A DNA stretch of 64,000 nt from Candidatus Saccharimonadota bacterium (GCA_018499905.2 JAHBAU020000005.1:2136-66135); one strand, 5' to 3'. Shown: positions 49,420 to 58,361, counted from the stretch's first letter. Notes: a model not told the origin generated them from the sequence alone. A program made the numbers and translations.

Positions 49420-49546
49420 AAAGGACAACCCCTCTAGGTTGTCTACACCAGCACAAGGTTGTACCCTTGCGTTTTTCGAGAGATTGCCCTTTTTGGGTAC
49501 AACCAATCGAAGATTGGCTTATTTACAAGCTTGTACTGATGTAGAC
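49420..49546 (-). ncRNA. candidate structured leader RNA
   Basis: 17-bp outer stem with two G-U pairs on the minus strand, 9-10-bp inner stem, overlapping terminator-like hairpin. Confidence 0.5.
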
Positions 49547-49573
49547 CTCTTTATAATAACAGAGGTTGAACTG

Positions 49574-50734
49574 TTATTTAGAGTCTTTTGGACGTTTCTT
49601 CTCAAGCTCTTCTTTTATTTCTTCCATGAGGTCTTTAAGGCTAGGGTGATATCCATCCGGATACATATCGCTAAACATGGGTTCTCTTTCTGTAGTTCGA
49701 GGTATCAATGCCTTTGAGTCGATCTTACCTCCGACTGCCTTTATCATTTCTTTTCTAAATAAATGCTCTGGCAGATCAAGCTCTTCGGGCTTAATAAAAC
49801 CAACTCCTAGGCGAACCTGCTCTTGCTCTAAATCTTTGATAATTTCAAATAAAATATCAACTAAATCACGACACTTCTCTACAGCTTCCTTACTTTCACT
49901 ATACTGAAAGTTAGTTATTGCAAAGCGATGCACTGCGCGGTTTCTTACATCGTACAGTTCGTTTATCCGTTTGAAGAAAAGCACTTTATCGTAGTTAGGA
50001 AAGACAACTTCATCTTCGGCAAGCTTATATATACCACGCTCCGTTATGAATTTACCGCCTTCTTTTTGCTCAAATAATTCTCGGAAATCCGGATCAACTC
50101 TTTTTGTCTTTCTCACATTAATTCTTGTAAGCAATATCGAGTATCTTAACTGTGTGTCTAACAGTGCTACAAGTAGTATAAGTGCTTCCAGATAGTCACG
50201 AGTGTTATCAAGCTCGTCCATAGAGTCACGGAATAGTAGTGTAAGGGACATGAATGCACTCATGAAATTATCAAACGGGTACTGATCGAGGTGGTTCTTG
50301 TAGTCTGCCTGCTTAAAATCATTAAACTTACTTATATTATCTTCAATGAGCTTCTTGAGATATTCTGCATCCTTTTCGAGACCTTTTACAGTGCCTTTAT
50401 CCTTTAAGCCAAAAGAACCAACTGAAACTCTGTAATCTTTCCAGTCATATATACGAAGAAAACCGTTCTCAGACATTGCAAAGTATTCCCAAGTTGTCTT
50501 ATCGTCAACAAAGCGCATGCCGGCTGCTTCCATAATGTCAACGTATGCTACATCAAAAATGAATTCTAGAAAGTGGAAAGCGATTCTTGGATTAACATCA
50601 ACATGCAAAATTCCACTTCCGCCCCAAGGCTTAGGCAGGTCATCAGCTGTTTCCACGAAAGCAAAGCGATCCTGAAGTTGCTTTCGGATTGTCTTTAACT
50701 CTTTGAGTAGTTTTGAACTATCATTGTCACTCAC
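49574..50734 (-). CDS. putative HEPN-domain protein
   Basis: YLEALILLVALLDTQLR helix and R-x4-H motif (RNRAVH). Confidence 0.6.
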   Translation of the reverse strand: MSDNDSSKLLKELKTIRKQLQDRFAFVETADDLPKPWGGSGILHVDVNPRIAFHFLEFIFDVAYVDIMEAAGMRFVDDKTTWEYFAMSENGFLRIYDWKDYRVSVGSFGLKDKGTVKGLEKDAEYLKKLIEDNISKFNDFKQADYKNHLDQYPFDNFMSAFMSLTLLFRDSMDELDNTRDYLEALILLVALLDTQLRYSILLTRINVRKTKRVDPDFRELFEQKEGGKFITERGIYKLAEDEVVFPNYDKVLFFKRINELYDVRNRAVHRFAITNFQYSESKEAVEKCRDLVDILFEIIKDLEQEQVRLGVGFIKPEELDLPEHLFRKEMIKAVGGKIDSKALIPRTTEREPMFSDMYPDGYHPSLKDLMEEIKEELEKKRPKDSK

Positions 50735-51029
50735 TACATTAATTTAAACAGCTAACAGTAGTAAAAGTCCATATAACTGGCTTGCTCTCTGCATCGATGT
50801 CCTATAACACCCCCCTGTGTTTTCTGACAACTGTCGAGCGAAGCCGAAGAGCGTTGCACAATGTCGAATATTGTGCGATGACCCAGTTGCACTGTTCATG
50901 TCGCAAAAGAACTTTTGCGATCTTGAGCGCGCTTGCCGATGTGCCCCACCTTCTCTTTTGCTCTTCCGTTTTCTGTACCAAGTGCTCACACAAAATTTTT
51001 TCTAGAATCGAGTGTCTATAATAAAGAGT

Positions 51030-51491
51030 ATGGCAAAGAGTAATAACCGACAGCCAACCCATGAAGAGCTTCTAGCGATGACGTACAAGCAATTATTAGA
51101 GCTAAATCTTAAAGTAGATTTAATGGACAGGAAGCTAGAGAACCTTCAACATGATATTAGTCAGAGTACGTTCGTGCGTAGTGAACTTATTAAACTCAGG
51201 TTTGACCATAAAACAGACGAGCTTTATATCACTGAGTTTTTCAAAATACCATTTGAGGGTAACGAAGCGGTTTTGTTACGAGCAATGTTTAAGCTGTCTA
51301 ATGGTCTACCTAAGAAGTCGGTCAAGTTCTATACGGCTGAATTGGCAGGTTCTTTTAAGAAAGATACAGACGGGCTTAAAACAGCATCTTCAGTACATGG
51401 AACAATAAAAAGAATAGATGCAACCGTAAAGCACAGGACAATGGGCTTGGAAATCTTCAAAATCAAAACTAAAGTTTTCTTTTTTCTGTAA
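51030..51491 (+). CDS. coiled-coil plus putative winged-helix hypothetical protein
   Basis: ATG 7 nt after TATAAT; heptad N-terminus, AELAG..SVHGTIKRI. Confidence 0.55.
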   Translation: MAKSNNRQPTHEELLAMTYKQLLELNLKVDLMDRKLENLQHDISQSTFVRSELIKLRFDHKTDELYITEFFKIPFEGNEAVLLRAMFKLSNGLPKKSVKFYTAELAGSFKKDTDGLKTASSVHGTIKRIDATVKHRTMGLEIFKIKTKVFFFL

Positions 51492-51549
51492 TTTACAGAT
51501 AAGAAATTCACGAAAATTCACATTGTGGCTGATTTGCTTTAATGAGCTA

Positions 51550-51732
51550 ATGAAGCTCCGAAGCGATACGGTCATCTCAATCGATCAAGCGAAAAAATTG
51601 CTTGGCGATGAAGCTTTGTCTATGACCGATGAAGAGATTCAAGATCTCATAGATGACTTTGATGTTATAGCTCAATACACTATCAAAATGGTTCAAGAGT
51701 TTGATAATAATGAAAGTAAACAGATGCAATAA
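51550..51732 (+). CDS. small acidic helical protein preceding the recombinase
   Basis: ISIDQAKKLLG...MTDEEIQDLI; ends 8 nt before the recombinase ORF. Confidence 0.6.
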   Translation: MKLRSDTVISIDQAKKLLGDEALSMTDEEIQDLIDDFDVIAQYTIKMVQEFDNNESKQMQ

Positions 51733-51740
51733 ATGATAAA

Positions 51741-53303
51741 ATGGTTCTAAGTATGCAATGTGTAGGTTATGTAAGGGTATCAACCGAAGAACAAGTGCAC
51801 GGCACTAGCCTAGACATGCAACAAAAGGCTTGCTTTGACTTTGCAAAGTCAAACGGCTGGGAACTACCAAAAGAAAATATCTTTCGTGATGAGGGACAAT
51901 CAGCAAAAGCAACCAATAGACCACAGTTACTGGCGATGCTCGAATTTTGTAGGAAGAATAAGGGCAAAATAGATAAGTGCATTGTTTGGAAGCTCGATAG
52001 ATTTGCGCGTAACTCAGATGATCATGTATTGATACGCACGGCTCTAAAAAAGAACGGCGTCAGTTTAGTTTCCGTAACTGAGCCTATTGATCAAAGCCCG
52101 ACTGGAAAGCTCATGGAAACGATGCTCTCAGGCTTCGCAGAGTTCGACAATGACATCAGAACGTTTAGAACTACTGAAGGTATGAAAAAACGCCTAGAGC
52201 AAGGTGGTTGGCCTCATGATGCGCCAATCGGCTATGTGAAGTCCAAGACCTCGCAAGGAATCACAAGTATTTCGCCAGACCCAGACATGGCACCTATTGT
52301 GAAGGAATTTTTAGAAACTTTTGCTACTGGTCAATATACAGTTAAGCAAGCAAAAGACTTAGCTTTTGAAATGGGATTAAAAGGTAAAAAGGGTAATAAG
52401 CGTACATGGCAGACTACAGAGAATATGCTGAAAAACCCAATATATGCCGGCTACATTCAATCTAAATATACAGATTACAAAAGGTTGGCAGGCTTACACC
52501 AAGCACTGATAGCACCAGATATTTTTGAAAAGAATCAGAGAATACTTTCTGGCAAAAACAGAATACAGTTCAAAAACGATGATTCAGAGTACCCACTGCG
52601 TAGAGATTTCTTAAAGTGTGGCTACTGTGAAAAGTTTGTAACAGGTAGTGCTCCTCGTGGAAACGGCGGAAGATACCCTCGCTATGGCTGTATGTACTGT
52701 AAATCATCAAAGATTGGTGGAAAGAAAGTTAGTAAAAGTAGCGAAGAGGTTCACAAGGAATTTAGATACATATTGTCGAGGATTCGATACAACGAAGGAA
52801 GACTAAAACTATTCAAACAAATTGTGCTAACTCGTTGGTGTGATGAGTATGATGACGCTTTAAAATCGGCTCATGAAATTAATCAAGACATCGACAAACT
52901 CAAAGCAGAACGTTCACGTACTATTCGTAAGTTTACTGCTGATCAAATCAGTTATCAGGAGAAAGAATCAGTAGTAAAAGATATAGATACTGAGATTGAG
53001 AACCTAGAGAACAAGAAGCTTGAAGCTGATATCTATGCTAATCAAAAAGAGAAGATCGTTGAAAATGCTATTTTGTTCATGGAAGACCCATCTGAGTTCT
53101 GGAACCGAGCACCTTTACAGATACAGAAACGTGTTCAACGCATCATTTTTCCAGAAGGTTTGAGCTATGACTTCGAAAATGGTTTTGGAACCGTAAAAGT
53201 CAACGAATCTTATCTGTTAATAAACAAAATAGCCGGCGAGCCGGCTATAAATTCTATCGTGGTAGCGGGGCCAGGACTCGAACCTGGGACCTCGTGGTTA
53301 TGA
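51741..53303 (+). CDS. large serine recombinase (resolvase, recombinase and Zn-ribbon domains)
   Basis: GYVRVSTEEQ, DEGQSA..RPQL, KLDRFARN, APIGY, LKNPIYAG, HQALI, CGYC..CMYC; last residues are read from the tRNA antisense strand. Confidence 0.93.
   Translation: MVLSMQCVGYVRVSTEEQVHGTSLDMQQKACFDFAKSNGWELPKENIFRDEGQSAKATNRPQLLAMLEFCRKNKGKIDKCIVWKLDRFARNSDDHVLIRTALKKNGVSLVSVTEPIDQSPTGKLMETMLSGFAEFDNDIRTFRTTEGMKKRLEQGGWPHDAPIGYVKSKTSQGITSISPDPDMAPIVKEFLETFATGQYTVKQAKDLAFEMGLKGKKGNKRTWQTTENMLKNPIYAGYIQSKYTDYKRLAGLHQALIAPDIFEKNQRILSGKNRIQFKNDDSEYPLRRDFLKCGYCEKFVTGSAPRGNGGRYPRYGCMYCKSSKIGGKKVSKSSEEVHKEFRYILSRIRYNEGRLKLFKQIVLTRWCDEYDDALKSAHEINQDIDKLKAERSRTIRKFTADQISYQEKESVVKDIDTEIENLENKKLEADIYANQKEKIVENAILFMEDPSEFWNRAPLQIQKRVQRIIFPEGLSYDFENGFGTVKVNESYLLINKIAGEPAINSIVVAGPGLEPGTSWL
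53229..53248 (-). terminator. terminator for tRNA-fMet embedded in the recombinase CDS
   Basis: ATAGCCGGC/GCCGGCTAT hairpin followed by TTTGTTT on the minus strand. Confidence 0.65.
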
Positions 53304-53334
53304 GCCACGCGAGCTGCCGCTGCTCCACCCCGCG
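53260..53334 (-). tRNA. initiator tRNA-fMet (CAT)
   Basis: CGCGGGGTGGAGCAGCGGCAGCTCGCGTGGCTCATAACCACGAGGTCCCAGGTTCGAGTCCTGGCCCCGCTACCA; C1xU72 mismatch, A11-U24. Confidence 0.92.
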
Positions 53335-53416
53335 ATATTCTTGTGTAGAGCGTTGCTAATTTTAGCACCAAAGAAGTAAAAGAGCAACAGATGGAGCGGT
53401 ACTAGAAAACTTGCAG

Positions 53417-54157
53417 CTAACCTTTGTCGATAACCATCCCGGCAGAGGCTTGGGCGAGCGCCATGATTTCGATGTTGTCGATGTTGACGTGTGGCGGCTG
53501 GTCAATGACCCATTTGACGGTGTTGGCGATGTCCTCGGGTTTTAAGGGCTTCCAGCCAGCATAAAAGTCTTTGCCTTTTTGCTCATCTTTGAAGCGGACG
53601 CTGGCAAATTCGGTTTCGGCGGCGCCAGGTTCGATGTTCGTAACTTTGACTCCTGTGCCAAACAGGTCAGTGCGCAGTCCGCGCGAAAATTGCCAAACAA
53701 AGGCTTTGGTAGCACCATACACATTGCCGCCTTTGTACGGAACATGCCCGGCAACTGAACCAATGTTGATAATCTGCCCAGAACCACGGCTCACCATATC
53801 GCCGACCACCAGGCGTGTCATGCGGAGCAGGCCAGAGATGTTGGTATCGACCATCTGCTGCCAATTATCAAAATTCGCTTCTTGCGCCGGTTCCATGCCC
53901 AAGGCAAAACCGGCGTTATTGACTAGCACATCGATGTTCTTGAAATCAGCAGGCAGGGAATTGTAAAAATCCTTAACTTGTTGAGGATTGGTCACATCAA
54001 CCGCAGCCACGTAAACGTTATCGCCAAGTGATTTCTGTAACTCATCCAGTCTTTCTTGCCGCCGCGCCAGTAATATCAACTTATTATCATTTGCCAAAAG
54101 TTTGGCCGTCGCCAGACCAAAGCCAGCCGTCGCACCTGTGATTAGAATGGTTCTCAT
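53417..54157 (-). CDS. NADP-dependent SDR (YdfG-like)
   Basis: TGATAGFG, NNAGFALG, YGATK, IEPG.AETEF..VRF. Confidence 0.9.
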   Translation of the reverse strand: MRTILITGATAGFGLATAKLLANDNKLILLARRQERLDELQKSLGDNVYVAAVDVTNPQQVKDFYNSLPADFKNIDVLVNNAGFALGMEPAQEANFDNWQQMVDTNISGLLRMTRLVVGDMVSRGSGQIINIGSVAGHVPYKGGNVYGATKAFVWQFSRGLRTDLFGTGVKVTNIEPGAAETEFASVRFKDEQKGKDFYAGWKPLKPEDIANTVKWVIDQPPHVNIDNIEIMALAQASAGMVIDKG

Positions 54158-54216
54158 GTCATCAATCATGTACGAAATAGAGTTTTGAGGCAAGCGCGGT
54201 AGCGTAGAATAAGGGT

Positions 54217-54585
54217 ATGATTACCAAATTCTTACACACTGCGTTTACAGTTAACGACCTTGACGCGGCGATTGCGCAGTACGCATCACTGGGCTTTAAG
54301 TTACAAAAGCAATTTGAGAAGCCCGAGCCGCACGCTATGGTTGCACATGTCGCCAATGCAGAGGGTATAACGTTTGAAATCTGGCAATTTATTGATTCGC
54401 AGCACCCACAGGTTGAATTCATCAAACGACACATTGCTTTTGAATCTGATAATCTTGAGGTAGACCTTACAAAGTACAAAGAATTAGGGTTTGAAGAAGT
54501 AATTCCAATAACACAGGGCGTATCCATGAGATATGCATTCGTTCGTGATCAAAGTGGAAACTGCATAGAAATCGGCCAGCGTTAG
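54217..54585 (+). CDS. VOC/glyoxalase-family protein
   Basis: HTAFTVNDLD, HIAFESDNLE, FVRDQSGNCIE. Confidence 0.88.
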   Translation: MITKFLHTAFTVNDLDAAIAQYASLGFKLQKQFEKPEPHAMVAHVANAEGITFEIWQFIDSQHPQVEFIKRHIAFESDNLEVDLTKYKELGFEEVIPITQGVSMRYAFVRDQSGNCIEIGQR

Positions 54586-54716
54586 CGTTACGGATAGTTT
54601 AGCCGTTGTCTTGTGCCGCTTATCACACACAAAACCATGAATTGAGCAGATGATGTAGCTAGAAAACAAACATGGTGGCTTCAATATGTTCGGTAATTAC
54701 ATATTAAGGAGGTGCT

Positions 54717-55124
54717 ATGACTTACAAAATCAACAAAAGGGTACTGGCTGTTTTGTTAACAGTTTGCAGTGTGGTTGCAATGCCAGTAGGGATTGCTTCT
54801 GCTCGGCCGACCGACGGCTTGGGCTCGGCTTCTTGTGCAGGTAGGTGGACTTTGACTACCAAAACCCAGAACACGACCAGGTTAACAGTTTACATGTGTA
54901 CAAACGGCTATGCTTTTGCACACGTTTCTAGCACACGAAAGGGTGGCATAGGCGCGTATATTCAGCGGTCAAATCCTTACGGATTCCAGAGTACCTGGAA
55001 TAGCTCGTCATATGCTGCGACATCACCAATGCTCTATTTGTACAAAGGTAGTTGCTTTGCCGCCTATGGCAACTCAATTGACGCCTCTGGCAGCATTTTA
55101 AAGCACAATTTCTGCGTCTATTAG
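54717..55124 (+). CDS. small secreted Cys-containing protein
   Basis: AAGGAGG RBS, signal peptide (ASA), four Cys in the mature part, SPMLY. Confidence 0.65.
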   Translation: MTYKINKRVLAVLLTVCSVVAMPVGIASARPTDGLGSASCAGRWTLTTKTQNTTRLTVYMCTNGYAFAHVSSTRKGGIGAYIQRSNPYGFQSTWNSSSYAATSPMLYLYKGSCFAAYGNSIDASGSILKHNFCVY

Positions 55125-55179
55125 ACAGTAGACGACTGCAGTAAAGTCGTCCAAGCACTAAAGCTGCTATGATACTGGC

Positions 55180-55707
55180 ATGGAACACAATCACCATGCC
55201 CACAACATGATTTCAGCCGAAAGTTCTGCAAAAGAATACGCTAAATTTGCGATCGTTGTAGCTGCGATTACCGTTTTGTCCTATGTTTTATTTTTACAGT
55301 TTGGCGAGGCGGGGTTGCAGGGCTATTTGCGATCGTTCATGGGTATCTTCTTTATTGTGTTTGCGACGTTTAAGTTTATTGGCTACGAAATGTTTGCCGT
55401 GATGTATGCCGGCTATGATATTGTTGCCAAACGCTTTCGGCCGTATGCCTACGCCTACCCATTTATTGAGCTGGGGCTTGGTCTGTTGTACGTGTTTGAT
55501 GTCATGCCGAACGGTCGTGATCTTTTGACACTTGTAATCATGGCCATAGGTTCAATTGGCGTTGCGCAAGAGATGAAAAAGCGCAGCGGCATTCATTGTG
55601 CTTGTCTCGGCAACGTCATCAAGCTGCCCTTAAGCACGGTGAGCTTAGTCGAAGATGTAGGCATGGGCCTAATGGCGGCAGTTATGCTAGCCTTGCGAGC
55701 GATGTAA
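55180..55707 (+). CDS. MauE/DoxX-like membrane protein with His-rich N-terminus
   Basis: YPFIELGLG, CACLG..LPLSTVSLVED. Confidence 0.8.
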   Translation: MEHNHHAHNMISAESSAKEYAKFAIVVAAITVLSYVLFLQFGEAGLQGYLRSFMGIFFIVFATFKFIGYEMFAVMYAGYDIVAKRFRPYAYAYPFIELGLGLLYVFDVMPNGRDLLTLVIMAIGSIGVAQEMKKRSGIHCACLGNVIKLPLSTVSLVEDVGMGLMAAVMLALRAM

Positions 55708-55718
55708 GATGTATCTAC

Positions 55719-56438
55719 ATGATAGGCATCAAGACATTTGAAGTAGTACGTGAGCATTGCCCAGAAGGAGTACTGTTTCATTGGCGCTGCGAGCTGCGTG
55801 AAGCGACTGAACTTTTGTTTGTACCCGAGCCATGTTACGAGCTGATCGTCGCCGCCTCAGGCCAGCTAGTTCTACCCCAAGCACACCTCAGTATGCCGAG
55901 GTATGTGTATCGTAATCCTGGCAGCCAGACATTTCGGTTGCAGACCATGAGCCGGGTTGAACTATTCGGTACAAGATTTTCGATGGACTCGACATACGGT
56001 AGTCAGCTCATGAACCCAATCGCCATACTAGCTGAGCGCTTTGATGCGTATGCAAACTTTGAAGACTATGTACAACAAGTTAACAAACGCGTAATTGCAC
56101 ATGTGCCACGTACTGCTCCAGAATCTTTGGGCTTTTCAGACAGGACACTTCGTCGCAACTTTAAAAAACGTTATGGTATTTCGTCCCGCGCGCTAGCCCG
56201 TCTGCAAAAGATCAATGCGTACATGGCTAGTGAATGTCAGACGGTGACGCGCCCAATTATGAGCGGCTCCATTGATTACGCTCGTTATTATGATCAACCA
56301 CACTTTATACGGACGTTTCGGCAAGTAGTCGGTATGACACCAAAAGAATTCTTTGCCGTGTTTGATGGTTTGCCCGAGCAGCTGTTGGCCGCATCGTACA
56401 ATTATAATCATCACAGGATTGATACATTACAAAAGTAA
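55719..56438 (+). CDS. AraC-family regulator
   Basis: SDRTLRRNFKKRYG, YYDQPHFIRTFRQVVGMTP. Confidence 0.8.
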   Translation: MIGIKTFEVVREHCPEGVLFHWRCELREATELLFVPEPCYELIVAASGQLVLPQAHLSMPRYVYRNPGSQTFRLQTMSRVELFGTRFSMDSTYGSQLMNPIAILAERFDAYANFEDYVQQVNKRVIAHVPRTAPESLGFSDRTLRRNFKKRYGISSRALARLQKINAYMASECQTVTRPIMSGSIDYARYYDQPHFIRTFRQVVGMTPKEFFAVFDGLPEQLLAASYNYNHHRIDTLQK

Positions 56439-56448
56439 AGGAGAACTC

Positions 56449-56814
56449 ATGGCGCACACACAATCCAAAAACGATGTGGTGAACGAGTATATTAGCTCAC
56501 TCGATCCATCTGTTAAAGAATTGTTTTTATCAATCCGAGAGGTAGTTTTGGCAGTCTCGGGTGACCTGGAGGAAAGTATAAAATGGAAAAATTGCTTAGT
56601 GTATACAACTAGTCGTAATCTTATCCAAACGGTTGTCGGTAAAGGCAAAGTATCATTAATCTTCTTTGATGGTGCGGAAATTTCTGACAAATATCAACTG
56701 CTGGAAGGTGACGGAAAAAAGACCCGTACGATGCGATTAAACTCTGCAGAGTTTAATCAAGAAGCACTGAAAGATTATGTAAAGCAAGCGATAGTATTGG
56801 CAGGAGGCAAATAA
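56449..56814 (+). CDS. DUF1801 (YdhG-like) protein
   Basis: VNEYI, LEESIKW, LIFFDGA, LLEGDGKKTR. Confidence 0.82.
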   Translation: MAHTQSKNDVVNEYISSLDPSVKELFLSIREVVLAVSGDLEESIKWKNCLVYTTSRNLIQTVVGKGKVSLIFFDGAEISDKYQLLEGDGKKTRTMRLNSAEFNQEALKDYVKQAIVLAGGK

Positions 56815-57119
56815 TGGGCAACTTTGTATCGATAATTACGCTTGAAACACCGACAGATGACATGACAGAGCTTCTAAAGCTTGTGCAAGAAACCCAACAC
56901 ATATTTGATAAGCAGCCTGGATTTAAAGGACGACGATTGCTGAAAAGCACGACACAGCACAAGCTTGTGCAAGTGGTCGAATGGGCCAGCGCAGAAGATA
57001 GTGCCGCTTGTATGATGTCGCCAGATTGGCAGGCCCAAGAAGGTGTGGCGTTTATGCAATTTGTGCAAGCCGGCAAAGCATCAATGCAACCAGAAGATTT
57101 TGTTGAGCAGACAAACTAA
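56814..57119 (+). CDS. antibiotic biosynthesis monooxygenase (ABM)-fold protein
   Basis: KQPGFKGRRLLKS, VVEWASAED. Confidence 0.75.
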   Translation: MGNFVSIITLETPTDDMTELLKLVQETQHIFDKQPGFKGRRLLKSTTQHKLVQVVEWASAEDSAACMMSPDWQAQEGVAFMQFVQAGKASMQPEDFVEQTN

Positions 57120-57736
57120 CTGCTGAGGACCGGGCACTGTTTTATATAGCTTTGATCTGACAACACTTGCAAAATGGCCTGGGCGACTGAGGCGCGGCTA
57201 ATAAAGGTTTTGGCTGGGCCATGTTCGGTGAGGGTAAAGTTACCGGCTTTTTGATTAGTCAGTTTAAGCACCCGGATGACGGTCCAGTTCAGGGCGGATG
57301 ACTGTAATACTTTGATGTAATCAACGCCGTCCTGGATGCGTTTTGGATCAATCAGGCCAATGCTTGCGTTCATAACACGGTCAATAAGGGAAATGATGTC
57401 ATCGGGCTGGCGAGCGCCGCTGCCAGTTAGGCTGACCAGCCGTTTGACGCCAGCTTGTTCCATAACCTCTGCTAAGAGCTTCATGGCATCTGTTTGCATG
57501 TTGGCCGGTGTGCCGCGGACATGCCCAAGCAAGCTCACCACAGCATCCTGACCCATAACGGTTGCCGACAATTGATCTTTGATCGTTACGTCACAGGTGA
57601 CAACACGAAGGTTTGGCTGTTCTTTGAACGGATTTTGCCGCCGAACCCCTGCAGTCACCTCATGCCCGGCAGCCAGCGCAGCCGCCACAAAGGCCCGCCC
57701 ACTCTTGCCACTTGCACCAAGTACGGCAACCTTCAT
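57116..57736 (-). CDS. NAD(P)H-binding flavin reductase-like protein
   Basis: VAVLGASGKSG, GQDAVVS, LNWTVIR, ISRASVA. Confidence 0.88.
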   Translation of the reverse strand: MKVAVLGASGKSGRAFVAAALAAGHEVTAGVRRQNPFKEQPNLRVVTCDVTIKDQLSATVMGQDAVVSLLGHVRGTPANMQTDAMKLLAEVMEQAGVKRLVSLTGSGARQPDDIISLIDRVMNASIGLIDPKRIQDGVDYIKVLQSSALNWTVIRVLKLTNQKAGNFTLTEHGPAKTFISRASVAQAILQVLSDQSYIKQCPVLSS

Positions 57737-57740
57737 TTGC

Positions 57741-58292
57741 TTATTTTGCCCGACGCGTTCGTGGTCGCTGTAGAACCAATACAATCAACATGGCTAATAA
57801 ACCGGTCGTGATGCCAAAAACAAGCTTTTTAGCATCAATGCCGACTGCAATAATTGCGCCGTAAACACCCGTAAATATACCTCCAAGAGCCAGGCCTTCG
57901 CCTATGACACCGTTCTTGCGAAGCACAAAAATACCGGCAGCGTATGAGACGACTCCACTGAATGCAGCAATCATTGTGGTTTTGTTCTTGAAATTTTTGT
58001 CTGCCTGGTTGTACGCATCTAATTTTGACTGGAACTCCTGTCCTTGCTTGGCGCTTTTTTCGTTGTACTCCTCGATTTCTTTTTCGTACGCCTTTTGCTT
58101 TTCGGCATAGGCATGCTGTTCTTCGTAGGTATATAGGTAGGCTTGATAAGCTGGTGCGGCTGGATACTGCAAGTAGTCGGGACTGTCTGGATATTTGGGA
58201 GCACTCAGAAATGACCACAGGCCAAAGCCTATAAAGCAAGCGACAGCTAGTCCAATAAGCACGGAATAAATAAATTCAATGAACGCTTTCAT
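57741..58292 (-). CDS. hypothetical membrane protein
   Basis: TM, Pro/Tyr loop, coiled coil, 3 TM. Confidence 0.65.
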   Translation of the reverse strand: MKAFIEFIYSVLIGLAVACFIGFGLWSFLSAPKYPDSPDYLQYPAAPAYQAYLYTYEEQHAYAEKQKAYEKEIEEYNEKSAKQGQEFQSKLDAYNQADKNFKNKTTMIAAFSGVVSYAAGIFVLRKNGVIGEGLALGGIFTGVYGAIIAVGIDAKKLVFGITTGLLAMLIVLVLQRPRTRRAK

Positions 58293-58361
58293 AGTGCCTT
58301 TCTTTTACTACCTCTCACTTTACTGTCCGGGCGCATAGCGCACAAGCACCAACTATCATAA

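Larger units (their letters stand above)
46809..53266. mobile_element. serine-recombinase integrative element at the tRNA-fMet 3' end
   Basis: TGGTAGC direct repeat at 46809-46815 and 53260-53266 (tRNA GCTACCA end); AT-richer interior; recombinase abuts the tRNA. Confidence 0.8.

Noticed and set aside
49466..49495. c-di-GMP-I riboswitch call
   Set aside because: Only scattered words match; the helix around GAAA cannot form, so it is kept as an unknown structured RNA
46809..53266. Prophage
   Set aside because: No terminase, capsid, tail or lysis genes recognised; too small
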